Positions 1-12,365 of a stretch of 64,000 nt of DNA are shown in pieces (the first letter of the stretch is position 1; the number at the start of each line of letters is the position of its first letter). The notes under the pieces were generated by a model. That model had not been told where the DNA came from. It saw nothing but the letters and a program-made list of their open reading frames with translations, and searched no databases. The position numbers and the translations under genes were made by a program. Origin of the DNA: Lama glama (lineage: Eukaryota); assembly GCA_028534125.1 (NCBI GenBank), contig CM052816.1, positions 29,514,001 through 29,578,000 of the forward strand, given 5' to 3'.

Positions 1-34
1 ACATTTATACACATATATTTTAATTTTTACATAC

Positions 35-176
35 CACAGATGCTCCTCTGCCAGTCTGTGTGCTACCAAGCCATGGCATGTTTATTGGAGTACCAGGATT
101 GCTATGTGTATATGGGGTTGTACCTTGCACAGCTGTTAAATCATCACGAGCATGTATAACCAAGAAATCTTCTGAC
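35..176 (-). CDS. DMXL1: DMXL1 exon 32 (142 nt) SEDFLVIHARDD...QTGRGASV
   Basis: tttgtag|GTCAG...TCTGTG|gtatgt; ORF 20..208. Confidence 0.95.
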
Positions 177-543
177 CTACAAAGGAATGCCAACCAGAAT
201 GAAAGCAACTCATCAGTTGTTTATTTCTTCTCTTATACCTGGAAGCTCTAACACATGACTGTATTTCCCTATAAAATTAATTTTCTTCAGCTCTTCACTC
301 CTAATTTGTAAACAATTGTTTCATACATGAACCATTTCAGATCCTTTCACTTATTTTCTTCTAAACCTCAACTCCTTTCTTTAAAACTCCTGCCATCCCT
401 TCTTTACTCTTTAGCATTATCAGCTTCTACTTTGCTTACAATCTAGAAATATTCCTTTAAAAAAATCATTTGAAAATTATAGTTCTGTGGGTATCATCAT
501 TCATACTGCAATGTCATTGAATAAAAACCAAGTATAACAGTAC

Positions 544-665
544 CCTTTGGTTTCCATTTCTATATCATCATCTACCCAAGTATAGATCTGTGTGGCCAGA
601 ATTCCAGAAACATCCAGTTCTTGAACATCATGGCTCGAAGCAATTGCTATGCAGTTTCTATTTGC
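544..665 (-). CDS. DMXL1: DMXL1 exon 31 (122 nt) ANRNCIAIASSHDVQELDV...DIEMETK
   Basis: ttttcag|GCAAA...CAAAGG|gtactg. Confidence 0.95.
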
Positions 666-1622
666 CTGAAAAATAAATCATACAGTAATCTTTAAATAAA
701 AAAGCATAATATGTATATGGGCTACTTTTGAAAATGGAGACTACAATAGTGTCTCCATAAATGATAACTTTTAAGGTACAAAATACATACTAGTCTCACA
801 AATCAGCATTTTAAATTAATTTTAATAATTAAACTTTGAGTGAAATAATCATCAGCTTGAGCTTAGAGATATGTTTATGTTCTAAGAACTCAAGAGTATC
901 CAAAAGAAAGCCAGTTATAAGTGAAATGCATGTGCAGCTTTATTTCTTCTTCCAGCATTGTCTCTCTAGTGTACTAAAATGGTACAATCTCCCTAAAGTT
1001 TGCACAGCTCAGACATGTAGAAGGAGATGTTGAGGAAGACAGGAGCCCTGGAAGGCACAGAAAAGTGAGGGAGATAAGGAACACCAAACTAAAGAAATAA
1101 TTTTTTAGCAAAAATGTGAAAAAATTAAATGACACACTCTTATACAGTCAATAGCAATCTTTGTATATATGGGCCACTGTTCATTACTAGTTACTTATAC
1201 ACACCCAAATAAAAGAAAAAACCCAGTTTGTTTTATTGCAGAGAATGTTTAAAATAATATTTTCTTCAGGGGAAGGAAGGTACTTATTGGGTGTAGATAA
1301 TAATTTTGTATTTCACATGTATATATCATATTTATATCTATTACATCATGAGAACTGCCTGGCTAAGGGCTAATTTCAGCCTCGACTGTCTTGTATCTAT
1401 AGTATTCAAGAGTGTCTATAAGGAAAATGAGACAAAGAACACAGGGAAAGATGAGGCCAGAATGACAAAGGAACTATCTAGGAGAAATGAAAGAAAAGAT
1501 AGACACAGCAAAGGAAGATAAAGAACCAACTGGTGAAATGATTATTAAATGGGTAATGCCATAGGATATGTATATAAATTTTATTTTTAAATTATTTTAA
1601 GAATAGGAATAAGTGAAAAAAA

Positions 1623-1654
1623 TGTGTGTGTGTACACACACACACACACACACA
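1623..1654. repeat. (TG)n(CA)n compound microsatellite
   Basis: tgtgtgtgtgtacacacac... seen directly. Confidence 0.9.
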
Positions 1655-2271
1655 TACATATCCTTTAAGTTAATGGAAATAAAAGGAAACAAGTAACTAG
1701 AAGTCACCGTACATTTTACACTAAGGCAACAAGGGGAAAATGAGTATGACAAATTTTAACCTTGGACCACTGTACCTAAGGCTATCTCTTCTGCGAGTAG
1801 CTTAGAGATTCTTCTAAGAAGAATGCTGATTAGAAAGCTAAAGAATACTAGCTGGGCAGGTATTGTAGCTGAAAGTCAAAGAGGGAGAATGTCTGTGAGT
1901 CATATATAAGCTTAATTTTGACCTATATTAAGAATCAGATTCAACATATTCATATAAGGAAAATAGAAAACATTTTCTTTGGATTACTGTTACAATCTGT
2001 TGTAAAAATTCTAAAGGCTATCAAATACATAAAAACTCGATACTTCTCTCTGTGTAGTAATGAAAGATTTTATCTGCTATACATCCAAAATCAAATAAAT
2101 TATCAAACAATATAATCATTTTATTTTAAAAGATTATTCAGATTACAAACTGAGGAGTAGAAAGTAGCTTTAGGAAAGGGAAATACTGATACTGAATAAA
2201 CTGATAGAACAGGAGACATTCTCCAACTATGAATACTTAATCAAAGAAAAGAAAAATGTCTATGTACTTAC

Positions 2272-2358
2272 TTTATTAACAGCAAAGGCAGTAATGATGT
2301 CAGATTCTTTATGAATAATTCTTGCTTTACCTCCAGGATATCCCAAATCTGCTTCTAT
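2272..2358 (-). CDS. DMXL1: DMXL1 exon 30 (87 nt) IEADLGYPGGKARIIHKESDIITAFAVNK
   Basis: catttag|ATAGA...AATAAA|gtaagt. Confidence 0.96.
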
Positions 2359-2699
2359 CTAAATGAAGGGAAAGAAAATATAAAAATAATTGATTTTAGT
2401 AATAGAAAAAATTAGTATATGTCAGTCTTTCATTTAACAATGGCATAAATTAAGAAACTTCTTAGATATTTCAAGTCCAAGGGTAACATTTTACATGCTA
2501 ATTATTTCTAAAACAAACAAAATTTGGCAAGAGGAATTTAAAATTTTCTAACTTGCTTTTTCATATATAAAGATTGATATACAACTTCATTAACTGCTTA
2601 TGTTCTTAAGCTGCAATGAGTTAACTGTAAGACGCTCTAATGATTAAAGTAAGTTTACCATGTTTCTTGGCATTATAATCCCTTGATAATATTTTATAA

Positions 2700-2868
2700 A
2701 TATTAAAAGATCAGAAGGTAAACGTTCTAGGTTTTGCAGACCATAAAGGGTCATGTTGCATATTCTTTTTTTTAACAACCTTTTAAAAATATAAAGACCA
2801 TTCTTAGCTCGTGGCCTATATAAGAACAAGTTAGATACAGCCAGTTGAATGAATTTTACTGACTCCTG
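2700..2868 (+). mobile_element. MER58-family hAT DNA transposon fragment
   Basis: ctaggttttgcagaccata...aaaaatataaagaccattcttagctcgtggcc...actgactcctg resembles recalled consensus. Confidence 0.55.
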
Positions 2869-4109
2869 TCTATAATAACTTTTAATTTATAGAAGAAACC
2901 TGAAACCCTGAAAGGCACAGTAATTTGCCCAAGTCAGTAATCATTTTAATAACTGAATAAACCACAGTTCAATGTATCTTAGATGAGGGAAATATATTTG
3001 ATCTTTTGCTTACCCCTTTAACTCAGGTGTATACACCTTTCAACTCAGAAGAGAGTACTGTATAAAATCAACATTTATTAAAATAAACACAGGTAAAATG
3101 AAGAGACAGTTGTTAAGAGTTAGAGATGTTACTTAATGTAGGACATTGTTTCATTTTATTTTATTTCCTTAACCTTCAATCTCTAAAATACATTACTATA
3201 AAATGTTTCACAACTCACTGTGAAGTGCAAAAGTTGCTAATTTGAAATTAGAAAATAAATTTACGTCCTGTAAAATTTGGATAAAAATATCAGTAATCCC
3301 CATCCACTGTCTGACCACAGAATTGAGCAGGGTTAGCAGTATTTTTAAAAATGGCAACTAAGGTGACTGTTCATTTGCAAAGTTGAAAGAGGCTTATAAT
3401 ACAGCCAAACAGAAATAACCATATGCAAACTAAACTCATAGTCACTAGATGCAAGAATGTCAAATATATGCTAACCCAAAATGCAACTTGATTACAAACA
3501 TAAAAGAATTTCACTGTTCATAACAGCATTTTGGTTGATTTGAGGGTCAAATTCTTTTCTAAAGAAAGTCTTAGCTCTGGCTGAGACCTACCATGCAGTA
3601 AGAATGTCTAAGTCAAATTGTGTCATTTTATGGCAAAAAACCAATTTAACCACCTATCTGCCTGGTATCTAAAGCATACTAAGTGTCCACTACTGGGTTC
3701 TGAAGACATTGGAAATAGAGACAAATGGTATTTCTATGGAATAGAGGAATATGCTATTTGCTGGTAAAGAATGGGTGGGTGGATAGGGGAAACATAACAG
3801 TTTCCCTGGCACCACTTCTTCAAACTTTACAGTCATGGGAAGGAAAGCTGCAGGCATGGACTTCAAAAAAGCTTCTTCAATGCGGGAAAATCTTCCTGTC
3901 CTCATATTTTCTAGATTTTCTAAAATACTGTTTCCTAATACTGTGGTTCCAAGATAACCTGCATGAGAATCAATTAAAGGCAGTGGGAGAGGAGGAATGG
4001 AGTCTAGCATCAAGAGTTTACACATATTAAAAAAATGCAAACACCTCATAGCTTGAATGAAAACGTGGAAAGTAAAAAAAAAAGTTTATGCATATTTAAT
4101 TTTGAGAAT

Positions 4110-5030
4110 AACTGTAAGTGATAGGAGGTGAGATGGGAGAAGCAGGCAGGGTTCAGTTTGTACAGGTCCTTAAAAGCCATAGTAAATAGCTCAGATTTTA
4201 TTTTAAGGCTAATAAAACTACTGGAGGGTTCTGATAACTCTGGATGTTGTGGACCAAAACATAAAGGGTACAAGAATGGCTACCAGGAAACTAGTTAAGA
4301 AGCTACTACAGTAGCTAAAGTGAGAGGCAGTTGGGGATCTGATTAGGGTAGCAGGAATGGTGGTTGTGGTTAAGTGGCTAGAATTATGATGAATTTCTGT
4401 AACAGCTGAAACTGCAGTATGAGTACAAGAAAGGAAGCAAGGATGACTCCTGGTTTTCAGATCTGTCTCAATAAATGGTGTGAGACAAAAATGAAGGAAA
4501 GAGTGGGTTTAGGTTTAGATGAGGGGAAGACAGAAAATTCTGTTTTGGCATTCAGAGGGAGGTAACTATTAGATTATATATGCAAATATGGAGTTCATAA
4601 CGTGAGTGAGGCTAAGGAGATTTAAGAATTATCAGCCTATGGATGATATTTAAGCCGTAAGATAATCCAAAGAGAAAGTAAAGATAGGAAGAGAAAAGGT
4701 TAGAGAACTAAGTCCTGGAGCACTCAACATTTCAAGGGTGGGAAAAAAAGACTGGCCAATTCAGGAGTGGGAAAGAGAAACAGTGACACTAAATAAACTG
4801 ACAGGAGACATTCTCCAACTATGAATACTTAATAATCAAAGACAATGTTATGGGAACCAAGTGAAGCATGAGTTCCAAAAAGGCAGCTAGAGTCAACACT
4901 AACAAAGGATACTGAGAAGGTGAATTAAAAAAAGGCAGAATTGATTGCTGAAGTTAGCACAGTCATACACTGGAACAATTTCAGTGGAGTGGGCTGGAGA
5001 TAATACCTAACTAGATTAGGGAAATGTGTG
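4110..5030 (-). mobile_element. LINE-2 fragment (degenerate)
   Basis: Purine-rich antisense L2-like motifs (gtccttaaagccatagtaa...gattttatttta; gatgactcctggttttc; boundaries approximate). Confidence 0.65.
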
Positions 5031-5060
5031 ACCTCTGGTAAATAGGGAGGGAAGTCCCTT

Positions 5061-5340
5061 AGAGACATAGAAAACAAACTTCTAGTTACCAGGGGTGGGA
5101 GGGGGTGGGAAGGGGTAAATTATTGGGAGTTTGAGATTTGCAGATACTAACTAATATATATATAAAATAGATGAACAATAGGTTTATACTATATAGCACA
5201 GGGAACTACATTCAATACCTTGTAGTAACCTATGGTGAAGAAGAATATGAGAACAAATGTATGTTCCTATGTGACTGAAGTATTGTGCTGTACACCAGAA
5301 ATTGACAAAACATTGTAAACTGTCTGTACTTCAATAAAAA
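5061..5340 (+). mobile_element. L1 3' end fragment (relatively young)
   Basis: agacatagaaaacaaactt...tgctgtacaccagaaattgacaaaacattgtaaact...caataaaaa; closely similar to copies at 5850-6130 and 34745-35025. Confidence 0.85.
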
Positions 5341-5359
5341 TATGTTTTTTAAAAAGTAC

Positions 5360-6130
5360 ATGAATGATAAATGCTGGAAAGGGTATGAAGAAATGGGATC
5401 ACTCCTACATTGGTGGTGGTAATGTAGTTTGGTGCAGCTGTTATGGAAAATAGTATGGAGATTCCTTAAAAGACTAAAACCAGACCTAACCATACGATCC
5501 AGCAATCCCATCCCTTGGCACATATCTAGAGGGAACCTTAATTCAAAAAGATACATGCATCCCGATGTTCACAGAAGCAATATTTACAATAGCCAAGACA
5601 TAGAAACAACCTAAATGTCCATCAATAGATGACTGGATAAAGAAGTTATGGTATATTTATACAATGGAATACTACTCAGTCATAAAAAATAATAAAATAA
5701 TGCCATTTGCAGCAACATGGATGGACCTGAAGATTGTCATTCTAAGTGAAGTAAGCCAGAAAGAGAAAAAAAAATACCATATGATATCACTTATATGTAG
5801 AATCTAAAAAAAAGACAAATGAACTTATTTGCAAAACAGAAAGAGACTCACAGACATAGAGAACAAACTTGTGGTTATCAGAGAGAGTGGAGATGTGGGA
5901 GGGTATAAATTGGGAGTTCAAGATTTGCAGATACTAACTAATATATATAAAACAGATAAACAACAAGTTCATACTGTATAGTGCAGGGAACTATATCCAG
6001 TATCTTGTAACTTATGGTAAAAAAAGAACATGAAAACAGATACATGTATGTTCATGTATGACTGAAGCATTGTGATGAACACCAGAAATTGACACAACAT
6101 TGTAAACTGACTATACGTCAATTAAAAAAA
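5360..6130 (+). mobile_element. L1 3' fragment including ORF2 C-terminal remnant and 3' UTR
   Basis: Remnant VQLLWKIVWRFLKRLK; aatggaatactactcag; gcagcaacatggatggacct; A-rich tail. Confidence 0.9.
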
Positions 6131-6159
6131 TATATATACATGTATATATATACAAAAAA

Positions 6160-6730
6160 AAAGTTAACCATACACCTACAATATGATCCAGCCATTCCAT
6201 TCCTAGGCATCTATCTACACAAGAGAAATGAAAGCAAATGACTACACAAAGAAATCTGTGCGTGAATATGATAATTAGTCTTACTTGAAATACCCTCAAA
6301 ATGGAAAAACCTCAAGTGTTCATCAATAGGTAAATGGACAAACAAACTATGGTATAGCTGTACAACTGAATATATCTTAGAAATAAAAAGAAATGACCTA
6401 CTGAAATACACAATATGGAGGAATCTCAAAATAATTATGCTAAGAGCAAGGACACTGGGAAAAAAAGACATACTGTATAATTCCATTTACATAAAATTCT
6501 TGAAATGCAAACTAGTCAATAATGTCAGGAAGCAGACTGGTAGATGCCTGAAGAGGAAGAGGGCAAAGGTAGGAAGGGGTTAAAGTTTTGGGGGTGATGG
6601 ACATATTCATTATTTCATTGTGGTGATGGCTTCACCAGTTTACACATTCACCAAAAGTGACAAAACTACACTTTAATAAACATATGCAGTTACTTTAAGT
6701 CAGGTATATCAAATAAAGATGCTTAAAATA
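6160..6730 (+). mobile_element. Older L1 (L1M-type) 3' end
   Basis: ccagccattccattcctaggcat...gaatctcaaaataattatgct...aataaagatg. Confidence 0.8.
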
Positions 6731-7780
6731 AAACATAGCAGAAATCTTGGAAAATTCTGGCCAAAAATAGTTATGATGTTAACCAAAAAGAATGACTGTC
6801 TTTTGATATAGTTTGATGACTATAGAAATATATTCTAATTATTAACATCTCATAAATAGTGTCAAAAAGAAGTCTTAGGATAAGAATTTCTGATAATGTA
6901 CAGACTGCAGTATTTAATGATTACACAGGAAAAGAATATTGTTAACCAATTAAATACATGAATTACATTGTCTCAAAACTTCCAAAGGCTATTAGAAATT
7001 TCCAAAGTATGAGCTGCCTATATTTATTTTGCCAAAATTATAATTATAAGATACACTTGACATCAAATCAGTCTTTTTTGTTTGTATTAATTGCATAGAA
7101 TCCTTTGGGAAAGAAAAAGAAGTGGGAATTAGCAGCTTTAAAAAATATTTTGAGAAGTTTTCCTCCTAAAAATTACTCTTTCGAGATTGTCTTAAAATCA
7201 GAATATGAAACACATGAGTTAAAGATCAACTTAATATAACTTATATTTGAATGTGTGATCATACAACATTTGGGAGTTATCCATGATTGTACAAATTCTC
7301 ATCCTTTTTGTTCCTGTTCTCAAGTACTTCGAGAATACCTGTATGCACCAGGCAATGTGTAATCTGCTATTGGTACCACAGTAAAATAAATGCTACATCT
7401 GATATATTTTTAAGAAATTAATATCAGAGGAGAGAATTTTAACTTCAAAAGTGATAGTTGCAAAAAACAGATTACGATAGTATACTTCTATAATACCTAT
7501 TGTAATTACACTTGATTAAGAACTTTAGTTTTATTTACCCAGGAAAATCTGTAGCCAAAACAAGATACATTCAACTCCCTTTAAAATTGCATTCTCTTAA
7601 TAAAAAAAGAGAAACAATTCTTATGATTGCAATATTTAAGTTGTTAAAGAAAGAATAATTTGAAGAAACAGTAATTTAATCACATTGGAAAAAAAGTCCA
7701 GATCAAAGCTGAAATGCAAACACTTACTTTTTCTTGTTAAAGAATGCAATTTCTAATTTCAGTTGAATGATATTTTGTAC

Positions 7781-7843
7781 CTTATTGATGTTTGGCTCCT
7801 CCATCATAGAATTTTTGATGGTTTCACAGCTGTCGTCTAATGA
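7781..7843 (-). CDS. DMXL1: DMXL1 exon 29 (63 nt, phase 0-0, likely alternatively spliced) SLDDSCETIKNSMMEEPNINK
   Basis: ttgatgaag|TCATT...AATAAG|gtacaa; resembles the 21-aa insert I recall from the longer human isoform. Confidence 0.85.
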
Positions 7844-10800
7844 CTTCATCAAGAAAGAATAACCACATGACAAAGAGTAAAGATGAGATGTAACATGCAA
7901 AACACTGGGGATATTCTTTAAAATTTTATTTTTAATCAGATTTACCAGAAAAGAACACTGGACTGAGTTACTATTTTCTAAAATTTCAAATATCTTAAAA
8001 GAAGCATGTGTGGGATACATGATTAGGGGTTAGGGAAAACTTACTCCCTCAGAACTCATTTAACCATCACTATAACTTTTATTCTATTTCCTAAGAAATT
8101 TTTACTAAATTCACCCATTTCAAATATTTACTTTAAAGCAAGACTGAACCCAAAATACTTTATATTACAAAGTTCAGAGCTACTGGTGCCAGAGTACTAG
8201 CAACTGAAAATTAAAGTCAAATTGTTCTCTTACAACTACATCTGTCTCTATTATGATACCGTATTCCTCAAGGAAAACCTCCTGATTAGAAAATTTTGAT
8301 TTTTAGGTTTCTAATTCTCTTCTCTTGATTTAGCCAGACATAGGCAATAAAGTGCTTAGAGGAACATATCCTCCTTCAAAGGGGATATTAGTATTTGTTA
8401 AAGAAAGAGTTGGTTTAAGGCTTTTAGTTCTCAGAAAATGAAAGAAAACAGAAAACAGAACTGGGCATAAAGATGACAGCTGCAAAGCATGTTTTTGTTG
8501 GGAATGGTTCAGCTATAGTCCACTTGTTTCCAAGTAAGTAAAAACAGGGACGAATTTCTATATTAAAAATGCCTGTGCCAGCAAACTACATTACGCAGGA
8601 AAATAAAAGATCTGAGGATACACCAAAACTTTAATGTCAGATGAAGAAAGTTTCATTTCCAAACACATAAAGGAATAAAGAAACAGGAGCACTCCCAAAA
8701 TACTCTCCATCGTCTCCACTCAAAATAGAGGGCCTGTCGCTTATCTATTTCCTAACCGTCTGAAAAGTCACAGTGACCTGAACTCAACTAAGTATAATTA
8801 TCATTTATAAAACAGAGAGGTGAAAGGTAATTTTGTTAATACCAAAAATAGGCTGGACAACTTTCTAGTAAAGATGAAATAATTCTGTATCAACTCTATA
8901 AAGTTAATGTTTAAAAAATTCCATCTATTCTATGTTTCATGGTGTAAAATTTTTCTTTTCATATCCTCTTTATCAAAATGTCACTAACTTTAAGAGTACC
9001 ACCATCAAGAGTAAAACAAAAAAGCAGTAACAATAAATTTCTAGTAACTACCATTAGTGATGACAGGTTTTAAATAAGTTAAATTTGCTTATCAAAGTAT
9101 TACAAAGTGCATCATATTCATTTTGGAGATTAAAAAAACTATAATTAGAGAAAATATTTAGTTTACTGATAGCTATAAATCTTAGTCCAACATTCACATT
9201 CATGCTTTTGATTAAAATAATTACAAAATAAAAATACCTAAAATTTTCTTCAGATAGCATGAAACTTCTAAGAAAACTAAAAATAAAACAGGAATTTAAA
9301 AGGTAAAGTTGTACTCATTGATCTGCTATCCTTTCATTACTCATGCTGGCTTGATTATACTCTTCTATTCCCTTAATGATTTTATTTTGTAATTCAACTA
9401 GGCAATCTAATAGTACAATAGATTTTTGTTTTGTTTGTTTTGGGAACGATTCCATTTCCCAAATGTACTAAATATATCAGCATTAGAGAAATGTTTTTAT
9501 TTTCACAACTACATTAATCAAATATGGCAATGTTTTTAAAAAAATGATTTTGTACTTGACATTATTTTGCCAAACGTGCATGTTCATGTTACAAGGTAAC
9601 ATTAACGAAGCCAAAGAAACGAGCACAGTGAGCATGCTTTTTATACAGAACAATACAGCAGTGCTTTATATACCATTATCAGAATGCCCTGATTTGTAAT
9701 AAATTATTTTTTGGCAAAGATATATTTAAAAAAAGAAATATTGCCTCACCAGCAACATATCCTAATTAGTCTGACACTCTTGTCTAGCACATTCATTTTA
9801 AGTTTTATTTATCCAAAAATTTTCTTGAGCTGTTTTAATAGTAATTCATATGCTAAATATTTAAGATATAACTCAAATAAAGTTAAACAGAAATACATTA
9901 ATTTGTATTGTATCTAACTGCATCTACCGATTGCCTAGATTTCAATGTTACACTAGGTACCCCTGTGAAAAGTCTTCTAAGTTAGCAAAACACTATATAT
10001 TTTATTTCCTGGCTTGGCTAATTCAAATATATTTACATAATCAAGCCAAAAGTAAATAACAGCACATGCAGTTGCCTCTCATAATTAGTTCTTAAACCCA
10101 GAGACAATGAAATACAGGTAATTTTCCTTTTTCACTAAGGTTAGACGACATCTTGCCTTTTGATAACTTGTCTATTAAGAAGCCATTCTATTTCCTTATT
10201 TTTCCAACTGAAATATCTTTCTTTTTCCCTCCCACTTCAAAAACAGCAAAAAGCTTGCTTTCAGATTAGTCCAGTTCTTCTCAAAATGTGATTCACAGAA
10301 CAGCTGCCAGTCTTGAACTCTACTGATCCATGAGAAGATCAGGAACTAACTACATTAGGTTTATATGTTTTAATAGCAAAACTATTTCAAAAAAGAAAGC
10401 AGTATGTCAATTTACGTTCTGGTGCAAGTTCCTCATATCATCAAACTAGAACTGATTAGTATCACTGAACTTAATGAGAAACATAATCTTTATGATGATA
10501 ACATCAAGTTACAAATCAACTATTATAGTATAATTATAAATTAATTTGAGTTTATAAAATTTCACTAAGAAGCAAAATCAACATAATAAAACATGTATTT
10601 GAAATATTTTCAGTATACAAATCTAGTTTCAATTAAAATTCCTTTTTTTTTCAATTAAACTTCTAAGATAAACTTTATCACATGAAAATAATGGGAAATT
10701 TCTTTTTTGTCTCTTAAAATGGTAATCTTGACAACTCAAAACATAGGAAAAAGGATACAGAATCTTAAGTCAAAGAGTATATTTTTGGGGAAAAAAAGCC

Positions 10801-11017
10801 CCCAATACATCTGAATAAGTTACTTTCATTTAAATTGGTTAGGAAAATAATTACCCTATCCTTTTCAATCACTTTTCTATGCATTAACTGCATAATATAT
10901 GTTTGTGATATAAAAAAAGTTTTTTAAAAGTCTGTAAAATGTAACTTTTTCTTTACAGTTACAAAATACAAATGAATTCAATAATAAAATAACAAATAAG
11001 TTTCAATTTATACAGAC

Positions 11018-11135
11018 CTCATTTAGACACCTTTTCTTTGTGAATATATTTCTAATAAAGGTTTCTTGAATTTCTTCCTGTTTCACCAAGTACTGCCAGA
11101 GTCTCTTCACAGACAGTGCCAGATGGTGTTTTGAT
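11018..11135 (-). CDS. DMXL1: DMXL1 exon 28 (118 nt) SKHHLALSVKRLWQYLVK...KKRCLNE
   Basis: tctatag|ATCAA...AATGAG|gtctgt. Confidence 0.95.
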
Positions 11136-11259
11136 CTATAGAGAGACAGTATATTTATACACTCCAGAGATTTCTACTTAACCCGACTACCATTTCCTTG
11201 GTGCTATTAAGAATGCTTATAATAATAAATTAACTAGAATGAGACCACATCATCTAGGG

Positions 11260-11492
11260 CAGCAATCAGCAAACTTTTTCTTAAAGTTTCAGACAGTAAA
11301 TATTTTAGGCTTTGTGGACCATATGGTCTCCCTTACAACTACTTAACGTTGCCACTGAAGTGGGAAAGCAGCCATTGGAAGTAGTAAAATAAATGGGCGT
11401 GGCATGGCTGTGATCCAGTAAAACTTTATTTACAATGCAGAAAAACAGGGGTGGATTATTTGGTCCCATGGGCTACAGTTTGCTGATTCCTA
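11260..11492 (+). mobile_element. MER58A-like hAT DNA transposon
   Basis: cagcaaactttttcttaaag...gtaaatattttaggctttgtggacca...aaaactttatttaca...agtttgctgattcct. Confidence 0.85.
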
Positions 11493-11804
11493 ACCTAAGA
11501 CCACAAAATCTAACAAAGAGGTGCACTTCCTATAAGAGATTAAGAAGCAGAGCTACTCAAAGCGTTGTGAACACATACTGGACCATGAAGTCCATTACTG
11601 ATGCACAATCAGGTAAGAGCTTGTGAAAGAATGTTAAGTCAATCATGTCACTAAGCCATTAAGTACACTGTTTAGTTCAGTTAACATTTTTTGTAGTGAG
11701 ACTTCCTTAATGAAGCAAGCATTGAACTGATTTACCCTTTTGTGCACATGCTTTATCTCCTCACATGCTAACTGACTATTCTGAATAGCTCTGCTAAAAT
11801 GTAA

Positions 11805-12023
11805 ATGTCAGTAAACACCGCGCCATAGGTCAAATCCAGCCTCCCTTTCATATTCTAAAATAAAGTTTACTGGATCACAGACATGCCCATTCACTTACTT
11901 ATTGTCTATGATTGCTTTCACTGTACACTGGCAGGGTTGAATAGCTGCAACAAGGATTGTAGGGGCAGCAAAGCTTAAAATATTTACTATGTGAATATTT
12001 GCAGGAAATGTTTGTTAACATCT
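11805..12023 (-). mobile_element. MER58A-like element, inverted relative to 11260-11492
   Basis: aaataaagtttactgga...aaagcttaaaatatttact...aaatgtttgtt, reverse complement of the same motifs. Confidence 0.75.
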
Positions 12024-12163
12024 ACAACACGTACCACACAAAAATACAGATATAAGCCTAGAACAGCAAATTAAACACAGAAGCACTTAAGTAGCTTTTC
12101 TTTAAACACCACCTGATTTAGTAAAACTCATACTTAAAAAACAGTACCCATAAGAAAACCTAC

Positions 12164-12365
12164 TTGAAAGGAGTGTTTGTAGGTTCCAGCAAAGCTTTGT
12201 GGCGGAGAATTGCAGGACCTGCAGACACACTGTCTTCAGAGGTATGACTTGCAATATAGTTTTGAGGTGGACCACCATGGATTTCAAGTCGTCGTCGAAG
12301 AACTTGTTCCCAACACTGTAGAGTTTTTAGAACAGCATGACAAAGTGGTGAACTAACTGGAAGCT
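12164..12365 (-). CDS. DMXL1: DMXL1 exon 27 (202 nt) ELPVSSPLCHAVLK...LEPTNTPF
   Basis: attttag|AGCTT...TTTCAA|gtaggt; ORF 12160..12408. Confidence 0.95.

Noticed and set aside
3690..4049. Overlapping 119-aa and 101-aa ORFs on opposite strands
   Set aside because: No recognisable protein similarity and no splice sites fitting the DMXL1 phases; probably chance ORFs
5230..6486. ORFs of 61-108 aa
   Set aside because: They lie within L1 fragments and are ORF2 remnants or antisense readings
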